Of a stretch of DNA of 64,000 nucleotides, positions 9,257 to 19,527 are shown piece by piece. The DNA is taken from assembly GCA_030429625.1 (NCBI GenBank), contig JAUIFA010000001.1:207868-271867 (forward strand), read 5' to 3'. Within the stretch, counting starts at the first letter, position 1, and every line of letters starts with the position of its first letter. A model generated the notes under the pieces. It ran no database searches. It had not been told where the DNA came from and saw only the letters and a list, made by a program, of their open reading frames with translations. The translations under genes and the position numbers were made by a program. Origin of the DNA: Alphaproteobacteria bacterium (GTDB lineage Bacteria; Pseudomonadota; Alphaproteobacteria; Rickettsiales; UBA8987).

Positions 9257-11938
9257 ATGACAAAATGGGTATATACATTTGGAGATGGTACGGCCGAAGG
9301 CAGTGCGAGTGATCGTAATTTATTAGGCGGAAAAGGGGCAAATTTGGCGGAAATGAGCGCACAAGGATTGCCGGTGCCACCAGGATTTACCATCTCAACA
9401 GAGTTATGTACCGCTTATTATGAGAATGACAGGCAGTATCCCGACGATCTGACTTCTCAAGTGAACAAGGCCGTGTCCTACATTGAAAGCAAAATAGGGG
9501 CGCAATTTGGTAGTGTGGACAATCCGTTATTGGTTTCTGTACGTTCAGGCGCACGAGCCTCCATGCCGGGCATGATGGACACAGTACTTAATCTTGGTTT
9601 GAACGATCAGACGGTTGAGGCGTTGGCCAATAACAGTAATAATCCTCGTTTTGCGTACGATTCCTATCGCCGTTTCATTCAGATGTATTCAGACGTAGTC
9701 CTTGGGGTGGATCACTATAATTTTGAAGAAATTCTGGAACTGAAAAAAGAAGATAAAAACATTGATCTGGATACGGATCTCGATGCTGACGATCTCAAGG
9801 ATCTGGTAAAACAATACAAAGAAAAGGTTGAAGAACAGTTGGGCAAGCCTTTCCCACAAGACGTGCAGGAACAATTATGGGGTGCGATCAGTGCGGTGTT
9901 TAGCTCATGGATGAATGAGCGTGCCATTACCTATCGCAAAATGTATGATATTCCTGAAAGCTGGGGCACGGCGGTGAACGTGCAGGCGATGGTTTTTGGT
10001 AACATGGGTAATGATTGTGCTACGGGTGTAGCCTTTACAAGAGATCCATCTACTGGTGAGAAAACCTTCTTTGGTGAATATCTTATCAATGCCCAAGGTG
10101 AAGACGTAGTTGCTGGCATACGTACGCCACAACAGGTCACTATTGAAGGTAAGGAACGTCAAGGCTCAGAATTGCCGGCCATGGAAGAGTCTATGCCACA
10201 AGTCTATCAAGAGCTGGTGGAAACGTATAAGAAACTTGAAGCGCATTACCGTGACATGCAAGACATTGAATTCACTGTCCAAAATAATAAATTATGGATG
10301 TTGCAGACGCGTAACGGAAAACGTACCGCTCCAGCGGCGATCAAGATTGCTGTGGACATGGTCGGCGAGGGGCTTATTAGCAAAGAAGAGGCCATTACCC
10401 GTATTGAGCCAGATTCATTGGATCAACTTTTGCACCCAACGTTGGATCCAAACGCAGAAAAACAAGTCATCACTCGTGGTTTGCCGGCATCACCCGGTGC
10501 GGCAACGGGGATGGTGGTATTTTCGGCAGATGACGCAGAATCATACGCAACCAAAGGGGATAAAGTGATGCTGGTGCGGCTTGAAACCAGTCCGGAAGAC
10601 ATCCATGGTATGCATGCGGCACAGGGTATTTTGACCGCGCGTGGCGGTATGACATCACATGCGGCAGTCGTAGCTCGTGGTATGGGGCGTGCCTGTGTTT
10701 CCGGCGCAGGAAACATTTCCATTTCCCAAGAAAATAAAACACTTACCGTGGGGAATGTGACAATAAAAGAAGGCGAATATATTACCATTAATGGTTCGAC
10801 CGGTGAAGTGATGCTTGGTGCCGTGCCAATGATTGAGCCAAACCTCTCTGGTGATTTTGAAACGGTAATGCAATGGGCTGATGAAATTCGTTCCCTTAAC
10901 GTACGTACCAACGCTGAAACGCCCGAAGATGTGGCCACTGCCAGAAAATTTGGGGCAGAAGGGATTGGTCTGTGTCGTACGGAACATATGTTTTTTGACG
11001 CAGAAAGAATCACCGCCATCCGTGAGATGATCGTAGCAGAAAACAAGCACGGACGTAAAAAAGCCATTGATAAATTGTTACCGTTCCAGAGGGAAGATTT
11101 TAGACAGATATTTGATATTATGGATGGGTTGCCGGTGACTATTCGGTTGCTTGATCCCCCGTTGCATGAATTTTTGCCACACACAGAAGAAGACATGCAG
11201 TCTGTAGCTAAAGCGGCAAATGTGAGTGTGAGTGACATTAAGAAACGTGCCATTGCGCTTAAAGAAGAAAACCCCATGTTGGGTCACCGTGGATGTCGTT
11301 TGGGCATCAGCTATCCTGAAATTTACCAGATGCAGGCGCGCGCTATCATTGAAGCGGCGGTTGAGGTGGTTGCATCCGGTAAAAAAGTGCTTCCAGAGAT
11401 TATGGTGCCACTGGTGATGAATGTGAAAGAGCTTGAAATTATTAAGAAGATCATCAATTCTGAAGCAGAAACAGTGTTTGCGGAAAAGAATTCCCGTGTT
11501 GAGTATTTGGTTGGAACCATGATTGAGCTGCCACGTGCGGCACTTCAGGCTGGAAATATTGCCAAGGAAGCCGAATTCTTCAGTTTTGGCACTAACGATT
11601 TAACACAAACCACCATGGGTATTTCGCGGGATGACTCTGCCTCATTTATCGGCGATTATATTGGCCAGCAGATTTTAGAAAAAGACCCGTTTGTGGTATT
11701 GGATCAGGACGGTGTAGGTGAGTTAATCAAGATAGCCGCGGAACGTGGTAGGAAAACTCGTCCGGACATTAAAATGGGCATTTGCGGAGAACATGGTGGC
11801 AATCCAGCCTCCATCGAATTCTGCCATAATGTGGGTTTAAATTACGTATCTTGCTCACCATATCGCGTACCAATTGCACGTCTTGCTGCGGCTCACTCTG
11901 CTATTAAAGGCGGAACAAAACTGAAAAAAGCAGCCTAA
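9257..11938 (+). CDS. ppdK: Pyruvate phosphate dikinase
   Basis: LGGKGANLAEM, GGMTSHAAVVAR, GIGLCRTEHMF, SFGTNDLTQ. Confidence 0.97.
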   Translation: MTKWVYTFGDGTAEGSASDRNLLGGKGANLAEMSAQGLPVPPGFTISTELCTAYYENDRQYPDDLTSQVNKAVSYIESKIGAQFGSVDNPLLVSVRSGARASMPGMMDTVLNLGLNDQTVEALANNSNNPRFAYDSYRRFIQMYSDVVLGVDHYNFEEILELKKEDKNIDLDTDLDADDLKDLVKQYKEKVEEQLGKPFPQDVQEQLWGAISAVFSSWMNERAITYRKMYDIPESWGTAVNVQAMVFGNMGNDCATGVAFTRDPSTGEKTFFGEYLINAQGEDVVAGIRTPQQVTIEGKERQGSELPAMEESMPQVYQELVETYKKLEAHYRDMQDIEFTVQNNKLWMLQTRNGKRTAPAAIKIAVDMVGEGLISKEEAITRIEPDSLDQLLHPTLDPNAEKQVITRGLPASPGAATGMVVFSADDAESYATKGDKVMLVRLETSPEDIHGMHAAQGILTARGGMTSHAAVVARGMGRACVSGAGNISISQENKTLTVGNVTIKEGEYITINGSTGEVMLGAVPMIEPNLSGDFETVMQWADEIRSLNVRTNAETPEDVATARKFGAEGIGLCRTEHMFFDAERITAIREMIVAENKHGRKKAIDKLLPFQREDFRQIFDIMDGLPVTIRLLDPPLHEFLPHTEEDMQSVAKAANVSVSDIKKRAIALKEENPMLGHRGCRLGISYPEIYQMQARAIIEAAVEVVASGKKVLPEIMVPLVMNVKELEIIKKIINSEAETVFAEKNSRVEYLVGTMIELPRAALQAGNIAKEAEFFSFGTNDLTQTTMGISRDDSASFIGDYIGQQILEKDPFVVLDQDGVGELIKIAAERGRKTRPDIKMGICGEHGGNPASIEFCHNVGLNYVSCSPYRVPIARLAAAHSAIKGGTKLKKAA

Positions 11939-11939
11939 T

Positions 11940-13199
11940 TTAAAGCTTTTGTCCGCGCACCAGTTTTGGACTGTTCTCAGTGATATGTCCCATGGCGTGT
12001 TTCATAAACATCTTTTTAAGCATTGGTTGGTGATTGACCAGTTTCAGACCAATGCGCCGCATGATTTTGACCGGTGTGATGTTGTTAGAAAATAAGCGGT
12101 TTAATCCATCAGTAGCGGCAATCATTTTTAGATTGTCTGTTTTGCGCACCCGCTCGTATTTTTTTAGCATGCCCGCACTGCCAATGTCTAATCCAAGCCG
12201 GTGTGTTTCAGCGATGAGTTCGGCCAACAAAGTAACGTCACGCATGCCCAGATTAAAACCTTGTCCGGAAATGGGATGAATACCATGAGCTGCATCTCCT
12301 ACTAAACACATGCGGTGAGCAATGTAAGTATCGGCAAAAATCAGTGATAGGGGATAAGACCAGCGCTTGCCTTCAAGAGACACATCACCCAAATAATCAC
12401 CAAAGCGGATTTTTAGCTGTTCAATGAAATCTTCTTCTTCCATTTCCATAAAGAAGGGCGCTAATTCACTGTCTTCCGTCCACACAATGGAAGAATGATA
12501 ACCACTGCCCATCGGTAAGATTGCAAAAGGGCCAGAAGGCAGGAAATTTTCTATGGCCACATTACCATGATGTTTTTCATGTTTGACCACGCAGGTGATG
12601 GCACATTGATCGTAGTTAACCGAAGTGGTGTGAATGCCCGCTTCTTTACGGATGCGTGAGGGGCGGCCATCCGCACCAAGCAGGAGCTTTGCCTTAATTG
12701 CGATGTCACTGTCTGTATGAACCACCACACTGTTTTGTTTGTATTTAATTTCTGTGGCTTCCACCGGTGCAATCAAATCAACATTTTTATAGCGGGTTAG
12801 GGCGTTAAACAATGCCCGTCTTATAAAACGGATTTCTACCACATGCCCCAATGGATCATCACTGACCTCCGCACCATTAAAATGTAAAAACATAGGAGAG
12901 GCCGCATCGGTTACCCGAATTTCATCTATTTCTCCGGCAACCATATTGTCTTTAAAGAAATCGGTTTTTAGCGGATTAGAAATTTCGTCCCACACACCCA
13001 GATGTTCAAAAACGTTCTTTGTATCGTGAGCAAGCGCCAACACACGTCCATCAAATTCTTTCTCTTGGATTTTATCAGGATCAAATTTTTCGAGGATGGT
13101 CACATGAACGCCCGTGGGAGCTAGGGCACAAGCAATGGTTAGGCCAACAATGCCGCCACCAATGATCACAAGATCTGTATTTTTTATCACAGCCGTCAT
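11940..13199 (-). CDS. UbiH/UbiF/COQ6-family FAD ubiquinone hydroxylase
   Basis: GGGIVG, GADG, GDAAHGIHPISGQGFNLG. Confidence 0.9.
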   Translation of the reverse strand: MTAVIKNTDLVIIGGGIVGLTIACALAPTGVHVTILEKFDPDKIQEKEFDGRVLALAHDTKNVFEHLGVWDEISNPLKTDFFKDNMVAGEIDEIRVTDAASPMFLHFNGAEVSDDPLGHVVEIRFIRRALFNALTRYKNVDLIAPVEATEIKYKQNSVVVHTDSDIAIKAKLLLGADGRPSRIRKEAGIHTTSVNYDQCAITCVVKHEKHHGNVAIENFLPSGPFAILPMGSGYHSSIVWTEDSELAPFFMEMEEEDFIEQLKIRFGDYLGDVSLEGKRWSYPLSLIFADTYIAHRMCLVGDAAHGIHPISGQGFNLGMRDVTLLAELIAETHRLGLDIGSAGMLKKYERVRKTDNLKMIAATDGLNRLFSNNITPVKIMRRIGLKLVNHQPMLKKMFMKHAMGHITENSPKLVRGQKL

Positions 13200-13339
13200 G
13201 AACTTATCTCTCCCCTGATAAGGACTTCTAATGAGAATAACTATCATAAAAATTGTATTATGTCACGCAGAAAATATAATATACAACCTAAGGTTATAAT
13301 GTGGGCTGGGGAATATCGGAACAGATGTAAGCTTTATAA

Positions 13340-15805
13340 TTATCTGTTTCTACCAGAATTGCGTTCTGGATCATCCGGAGAATCATTGCCCTTATCCTTG
13401 CCAGAATCAGGCTCTTTCGGTGGACGGGGGGCATTTGGGTCGAAGTCTTTGCTGTCGAAAGCCGACCTTAGCCCCTCTACCGCACTGCGTCCGGCTTCGC
13501 CTTCCATGGCCTTTTTTAGATCCTCTCTGTCGCCTCGTGCATCGGCAGCGGTTTGACGGTCATGCGTTTCTTTTTCACGTACTGTTTCTGCCAAGCGCTC
13601 AAAGGCCGATTTGGCCTCTGGCGGCAAATCATCAATTCGAGGTGGCAAAGATTCTACCCCAATTTGCTCAACAAGCTGCTGCATAAATTCTTCTTTCAGG
13701 CCAGTTTTTCCAAGCTTCTTGGCAACGTTCTTAAACGCTTGGTAATACAACTCACTTGTTGGAAAATTATCAATAGCTTCAAGTCTAGCTAAAAATTCTG
13801 GCTTTTTAAGATAGTTGTCTACATTATGGATGGTAGTGATGTCTTTAGCCTCATTTCTCAAGGAAACCATCATTTTTCCAGTATCACGGTCAAAGAAAAA
13901 TGTTTCTTCCGGTTTGCTGCTGAGTAAACTGACGACCGCATTACTTGCTAAATTAGCCGCAGGGATTTCATCAGAAATAACAGAACCATCCACTTTGTTC
14001 TTTATTTGTGCCATGGTCGCACCAGAGACCGCTCTTTGTATCCGATCACTTATAGAATCCATCTGTTGCAGGGTCAGATCAACCTCTTCCCCGTCTTTTT
14101 GTGCGCTGAGCACCATATGACCACTACCGCTTCTCTCTATTTTTAGTTCGATGTCAAGGTTACGTGAGCAGAAATCACTAATTTGTTCGTCAGTAATCCC
14201 ACGTAATTTTCTCTGTGCTTCTTCTAAGTTTCTTATGGTAATAAATTCAGCCATGGAGAGCGTGGATTCCCTGTTTGCGGATAAAATTACCTCATCAATT
14301 TTAACCTTTTGCCCTTTGCCGATAATGTCTAAGAACTCATCAGGGGAAATCCCGGATTGTTCAAACATATTTTTTACGGTTTTGCGAGAATTTTCTAATT
14401 CAACATCACGGCTTTTACCCTCAAGAAGTTCCCTCGGCAACAGGGCTTGGAAAAGCCGTCCCATATCTTCTAAATTTGTAAGATCATATTCAAAACCCCT
14501 AACTTTACCAGTTTCAGGATCTCTGTGTTTTACAGTCACATTCCCAAGATCATCCATAGTTTTGATTTCGCGACCCAACAATTTACCGAGAGAGCCTGCG
14601 GCAATAAATCGTTGATCGTGTTGATTAAAACCATCAGGGTACAAAAGATCAATATTGTTGACAATTTTGTCACCGTAATGGTCTATGTTATCGCTTATCA
14701 GGCGTTGAATTCGCTTGTCCATCTTTTTAACAACCGGAACGCTAAATTCACTAAGCATCTCATCCCTGAAAATATTTTTTGGAGATTTGAGTTCTTGTCC
14801 TACAACTTTGCCTTCTTCATTAAAAATAGGTTGTGTCATATTTTGATCGGTAGATGTGCTCATCAGACCATCAATCATCCCCTGCATGAGTGCGATTCCA
14901 ACGTCACCCCCTATTTCATGCACCACAAAACTAAAAAGCCCACCACCAACACCTAGTATGTTTTTGCCCGAGCGCAACAGAAATTCGGCACTTTCTCCAG
15001 GAAATTTCCACAAGGCACACTTGGCGGCATTATGGAACCATCGTGTACCATCATGAACTTCTCCGTCATAGGTCTTATTTTCTATCTGTCTCCGCTTTAG
15101 TTCTAATGCGGCGATCTCTTCTCTGTAGGCAATTGCTTTGTCTGGATCCGTTTCTGTTTTAACTCTTTTAACAAGGGCTTCTATCTTACCCTCTGTCCAT
15201 TTCTTTGTGCCGTGGTGAAGTTCGCCCTTCCGCTCAGTAATTTCTTCCCTACGTTGCCGAAGCTCTTCAATTTTCTCTCGTAGCTGTGCGGTTTCGGGGT
15301 CCTCCCCACCCTGAATATTACGTTTTTCCTGCCTCTTTTCTCTCCGTTTCAAAAGTCTTTCTGATTTCTTTAGCTCTTTTTTTACGCCAAGTAGCTTTGT
15401 CTCTAAAGCCTTTTTTTCGTCTCGATCTCTCAGATTATCTTCGTAGAAACTTGAAAAAACATGTTTTTTGTTTGGATTTGGATCATCAATGCGGCGAACG
15501 GTTTCTCTTCCCGCATCAATAACGCTGTGAACCTCGTTTCTAAACGCAGAGTTTGTATCCCCAATTTTATCACAAACCTGCCGGAGGACACGGGCATTGG
15601 CTGCCCTAAACTCATAGTCTTGTGGAGACAGTAAATTATTCTCTTTTGGAGTTTTTAACCGGCGTGTAGGATCATGGGGTTCATTATATGCTCTGTCCGC
15701 TTCATCCAGTGCTCGTAATTCCATCTGTTCCAGCGTATCATATATATTACCTGGATCGTCAGTTGCGGAAAACGCATCCCTATGTTCTTCCCGTTCATCA
15801 GCCAT
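13340..15805 (-). CDS. Large orphan protein, charged/coiled-coil (candidate secreted effector)
   Basis: 821-aa ORF with no recognised motif; basic tail ERNSGRNR. Confidence 0.75.
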   Translation of the reverse strand: MADEREEHRDAFSATDDPGNIYDTLEQMELRALDEADRAYNEPHDPTRRLKTPKENNLLSPQDYEFRAANARVLRQVCDKIGDTNSAFRNEVHSVIDAGRETVRRIDDPNPNKKHVFSSFYEDNLRDRDEKKALETKLLGVKKELKKSERLLKRREKRQEKRNIQGGEDPETAQLREKIEELRQRREEITERKGELHHGTKKWTEGKIEALVKRVKTETDPDKAIAYREEIAALELKRRQIENKTYDGEVHDGTRWFHNAAKCALWKFPGESAEFLLRSGKNILGVGGGLFSFVVHEIGGDVGIALMQGMIDGLMSTSTDQNMTQPIFNEEGKVVGQELKSPKNIFRDEMLSEFSVPVVKKMDKRIQRLISDNIDHYGDKIVNNIDLLYPDGFNQHDQRFIAAGSLGKLLGREIKTMDDLGNVTVKHRDPETGKVRGFEYDLTNLEDMGRLFQALLPRELLEGKSRDVELENSRKTVKNMFEQSGISPDEFLDIIGKGQKVKIDEVILSANRESTLSMAEFITIRNLEEAQRKLRGITDEQISDFCSRNLDIELKIERSGSGHMVLSAQKDGEEVDLTLQQMDSISDRIQRAVSGATMAQIKNKVDGSVISDEIPAANLASNAVVSLLSSKPEETFFFDRDTGKMMVSLRNEAKDITTIHNVDNYLKKPEFLARLEAIDNFPTSELYYQAFKNVAKKLGKTGLKEEFMQQLVEQIGVESLPPRIDDLPPEAKSAFERLAETVREKETHDRQTAADARGDREDLKKAMEGEAGRSAVEGLRSAFDSKDFDPNAPRPPKEPDSGKDKGNDSPDDPERNSGRNR

Positions 15806-15844
15806 TTACAATCTCATTCTCAACCAGTTTTTACTCATAGGATG

Positions 15845-15877
15845 ATTATAATACAGAAGTATTAATAAAAAGTTAAC
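15845..15877 (-). promoter_or_regulatory. CtrA-type box plus -10 element
   Basis: Minus strand GTTAA-N7-TTAA-N11-TATAAT. Confidence 0.65.
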
Positions 15878-15900
15878 TAAAAATTGTTTTATTAAGTAAG

Positions 15901-16761
15901 TTAGGATTTGTTTTCTAGGGTTTGGCCAAGAATAATTCTGGCTTTTGCCGGTGTGGCAATTTCTCGATGTGTCGTCTCTACGGATTTTATATATTGTAAC
16001 ACAAGATCAGCATTGTTCTTAGCTAAGGATCCGTCTGCAAGAAAGTGATTATTTTCAAAGCCGATACGGGGATTTCCACCGCATTTTGTGACTTTTTGCA
16101 TGATAGAGTTTTCGTATCCTCCGAAGGCACAGACGTGCCAAATAGTCTCCGATAAAAGCAATTCACCGTCAAAACTTTCAAGAAACGGGTCAAGTTGATC
16201 GCTCAGTGCCCAAGTGGATTTATCGTTTATGGAGGCATATTTTTGCCCTAAAACAAACAGAACAGAGACTTTTTTCCCTGGAATTTTACCGTCTTTACGC
16301 AATTTTGCAAAATACCGAACTTCGTCAAGAGAATAGAGAACATATTGGGTAAGAATTCCTTCTGCAAATAAATCGGCAAAGAACGCAAGCGCGGAAGCCT
16401 CATGAGAAGAATCGGGGATAAACTCTCGCAAAGCAACGGAGGCGGCTTCAGGATGCAATTGTGTAATGATCTCCATTTGTTGTTTTGGGGTGTATATTCC
16501 CCCTGATTCGCTGGTGCATTGTATAATCAAATCATCACCGGCAACTTCACGTATGGCACTGATGGTCTGAGAGTATATTTCAGGATCAAGAGTATGTTTT
16601 TGGTTGTCGTCACGCACATGCAAATGCACCATTGCTGCGCCGGCTTTAGCAAACTCTCTTGCCGCATAGGCAATGGATTCTGCTGTTACAGGAATGTTTG
16701 GCAAATCTGCAGTTGTCTTTTTTGCCCCATTTGGTGCAACATCAATAATAATAGGTTCCAT
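15901..16761 (-). CDS. Beta-keto acid cleavage enzyme (BKACE, DUF849/Kce family)
   Basis: IIIDVAPNGA, AGAAMVHLHVRD (Zn ligands), RIGFENN. Confidence 0.9.
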   Translation of the reverse strand: MEPIIIDVAPNGAKKTTADLPNIPVTAESIAYAAREFAKAGAAMVHLHVRDDNQKHTLDPEIYSQTISAIREVAGDDLIIQCTSESGGIYTPKQQMEIITQLHPEAASVALREFIPDSSHEASALAFFADLFAEGILTQYVLYSLDEVRYFAKLRKDGKIPGKKVSVLFVLGQKYASINDKSTWALSDQLDPFLESFDGELLLSETIWHVCAFGGYENSIMQKVTKCGGNPRIGFENNHFLADGSLAKNNADLVLQYIKSVETTHREIATPAKARIILGQTLENKS

Positions 16762-16834
16762 GGATACTAATTTGTGTTATTTTCAACGTGTTTTCACACC
16801 ATAGCACAAATTTAAGCCAATTGGAAAATAATAG

Positions 16835-17449
16835 ATGAACGAATCATTACAGAATTCTTCCCAACTTTTAAAAAAGATTAAACACCATAAGGGAGATAAG
16901 ATCACGGTCGAAGAAATTATGACCATTTTTCGTGAAGGTGGGTTTAGCCTGCTGTTGATTATATTTGCTAGTCCGTTGGCGCTACCCCTGCCAGCGTTGG
17001 GTATCGCCCAGATCATGGCCGTGCCTATTCTGATATTGGCCACACAGTTGACTATGGGGCGACAATCTTTGTGGATGCCACAGAAAATTGCTAAAAAAGA
17101 GATGAACATGCAAAATCTCTGTTCAATTATTGATAAGGCTATCCCATGGCTTGAAAAAATAGAGTATTTTGTCAAACCACGCCTGATATTTTTTAGCTCG
17201 TCAGCAGGTCATCGGGTCATTGGTTTGTTCTGCCTGATTTGTGCCATTTCGGTGGCCGTGCCTATTCCCTTTAGCAATACGGTACCCAGCATGGGAATAG
17301 TACTGATGTCAATTGGTTTGCTTGAAAGAGATGGTTTGGTCATCCTTGCGGGGATGTGTGTCGGATTTATCGGGATATGTCTGACAAGCATTGTAATATT
17401 CTTTGGGGCAGAGGCAATAAGAACCTCCATTGATGCCATTTTTAGTTAG
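16835..17449 (+). CDS. ExoD-family membrane protein
   Basis: [27 protein letters not shown]. Confidence 0.85.
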   Translation: MNESLQNSSQLLKKIKHHKGDKITVEEIMTIFREGGFSLLLIIFASPLALPLPALGIAQIMAVPILILATQLTMGRQSLWMPQKIAKKEMNMQNLCSIIDKAIPWLEKIEYFVKPRLIFFSSSAGHRVIGLFCLICAISVAVPIPFSNTVPSMGIVLMSIGLLERDGLVILAGMCVGFIGICLTSIVIFFGAEAIRTSIDAIFS

Positions 17450-18426
17450 GCCGCTTTGTCTGCTTTTGCCGGTGGGGACATTTCTAGCATTTTATCCAGA
17501 GATAATTTGGCTTTTGCCCGCAATTCTTCGTCCATTTCGATTGAAGGTGAACGGTTGACCATGCATAAATAAAGCTTTTCTAAAGTGTTGAGCTTCATGT
17601 AAGGGCAGTTGTTGCAACTGGTGCAGCCTTCTTCCACCCCCGGAACGGCATAAAATTGACTCTTTGGAGCAAATTTTTTCATTTGATGGAGTATTCCTGG
17701 TTCGGTCAGGACAATAAAATCACCTCCGTCATGGGCAGTGGTATAATCCAGCAATGAGCGGGTAGATCCTATATGATCGGCATATTTTAGCAAAGCCTCA
17801 GGGCATTCTGGATGCGCAATGATTTTTGCCGAGCTGTGTTGGTTGCGCAGTTGAATCAGGGTTTTTTCAGAAAACTGTTCATGCACCACGCATGTCCCGT
17901 CCCAAAGCAGCATGTCTCGTCCAGTCTGTTTGTTGATGTAGTTACCAAGATATTTATCTGGTGCAAAGATAATTTTTTGGTCTTTAGGCAGCTGATCAAT
18001 AATATGTTTGGCGTTGGAAGAGGTAACAATAATGTCCGAAAGTGCCTTAATCTCTGCGGAACAATTGATATAGGTAATGGCAATATGATCGGGATGGGCT
18101 GCACGGAAGGCCTTGAATTTATCAGGTTGGCAAGATTCTTCCAAAGAACATCCGGCATTGAGATCAGGAAGCAGAACCAACCGATTAGGGCTAAGAATTT
18201 TAGCAACTTCAGCCATAAACTTCACCCCGCAAAACACAATTACCTCCGCGTCAGTAGCCGCCGCTCTACGTGAAAGATCAAGCGAGTCACCAATGAAATC
18301 GGCAATGTCCTGCAAGTCTGAATCTTGATAATAATGGGCAAGAATCACCGCGTTCATCTCTTTCTTTAAACGCTTTATTTCTTCTTCAAGATCAAGTGTT
18401 GGATCAATATTATTTTCTGTTAACAT
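17446..18426 (-). CDS. nadA: Quinolinate synthase
   Basis: [32 protein letters not shown]. Confidence 0.95.
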   Translation of the reverse strand: MLTENNIDPTLDLEEEIKRLKKEMNAVILAHYYQDSDLQDIADFIGDSLDLSRRAAATDAEVIVFCGVKFMAEVAKILSPNRLVLLPDLNAGCSLEESCQPDKFKAFRAAHPDHIAITYINCSAEIKALSDIIVTSSNAKHIIDQLPKDQKIIFAPDKYLGNYINKQTGRDMLLWDGTCVVHEQFSEKTLIQLRNQHSSAKIIAHPECPEALLKYADHIGSTRSLLDYTTAHDGGDFIVLTEPGILHQMKKFAPKSQFYAVPGVEEGCTSCNNCPYMKLNTLEKLYLCMVNRSPSIEMDEELRAKAKLSLDKMLEMSPPAKADKAA

Positions 18427-18566
18427 CGAGTTTATTTAGTAAATTTTTTGCTGTGTTCTAACCAAGATTTCTATCCCTGTCCAGCGTCTTTTGTTCATCC
18501 TGCTTGATTTAGACTACAATACTGTATAATTAAGTTAAATTTCTTGAATCTACAGGCGTTGTTTTT

Positions 18567-18659
18567 ATGGACATAGAATTGAAAAAACAAATTCGCTCAT
18601 GGCTGATTATACTCTTAAGTATGGCCATTGCGTTTGGCTTTGGTATGAGCATAAATTAG
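18567..18659 (+). CDS. Putative 30-aa single-pass membrane protein (not in ORF track)
   Basis: MDIELKKQIRSWLIILLSMAIAFGFGMSIN; TATAAT at 18525-18530. Confidence 0.4.
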   Translation: MDIELKKQIRSWLIILLSMAIAFGFGMSIN

Positions 18660-18725
18660 CATATTTTATTTTGCTATTTATGTTAGTTCTGCTATCCTTG
18701 GATTAAGATAATATTAGGTTTTGCG

Positions 18726-19076
18726 ATGAAAAAATTTACAATTCCATGTGATTTCGGCAATCAGAAATCCCCGTTTGATGTCTATATTGGACACCCTAAG
18801 GAGGGCAATCACCCTCTACAGAATCAGGCATCTTGGCTTTCATCGGAACGTGGCGGCACAATTCCTGCCAATGTAATGGAAAGTTTTGCCAATCTTCTCA
18901 AGCTTGCCAGTGAGAATGGGGTGGAATTTGAGGATTTGTGTGTGTATGCATTAGAAGCCGCCCAAAAAGAAAAGAGTAATGAAGTGGCTGCAACCGAAGC
19001 CGAACCTTCTCTGTCCGCACCGACACAATCACAAGAGCCCAATAGTGATGTCCCTTCTGTAGAAAAAGACAGTTAG
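18726..19076 (+). CDS. DUF2610-family protein
   Basis: KKFTIPCDFG...PF.VYIG.P...HPLQ.Q..WL..ERGG.IP pattern recalled from Rickettsiales proteins. Confidence 0.75.
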   Translation: MKKFTIPCDFGNQKSPFDVYIGHPKEGNHPLQNQASWLSSERGGTIPANVMESFANLLKLASENGVEFEDLCVYALEAAQKEKSNEVAATEAEPSLSAPTQSQEPNSDVPSVEKDS

Positions 19077-19080
19077 CAAA

Positions 19081-19524
19081 TTAATAATTAATTTTCCACC
19101 GTGCGGCCTTGTCGGGTTGAATGGTAAAATCAATAGTGTATTCTTGATTTTTTCCACAAGATTCCAAAAGCCAGCTTTCACTCCAATTTCGTGTGATGTT
19201 CCATGCTCGATTGTCTGATAAGTCTGGCGTCATAGGAGAGTAAATTTTAACGTTCTTGAGGGCATAATTTTCTTTTACAAAGTCACAGTCGGGATAACGT
19301 GTGCTGATCTCATTGATAATGGAATAAAACACATCGGCTTTTGGCAATAGCCCCTCAGATTTATTATACGCATCGGCCAATTTGGAGATTACATCATGGT
19401 AGACTCGGTCACTGTCTTCTTTTGGAGGGATGTGGGCATTTTCATTGTTCCAGACAAGAGAACCACATCCCGCAATGGTAAACAAGGCGGCAATAGACAA
19501 ATAATATTTTAAATGACGAAGCAT
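19081..19524 (-). CDS. Hypothetical lipoprotein
   Basis: Signal peptide with lipobox IAGC; starts 3 bp after the aminomutase stop. Confidence 0.7.
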   Translation of the reverse strand: MLRHLKYYLSIAALFTIAGCGSLVWNNENAHIPPKEDSDRVYHDVISKLADAYNKSEGLLPKADVFYSIINEISTRYPDCDFVKENYALKNVKIYSPMTPDLSDNRAWNITRNWSESWLLESCGKNQEYTIDFTIQPDKAARWKINY

Positions 19525-19527
19525 CTT

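Noticed and set aside
10423-11277. 284-aa minus-strand ORF
   Set aside because: Antisense shadow of ppdK
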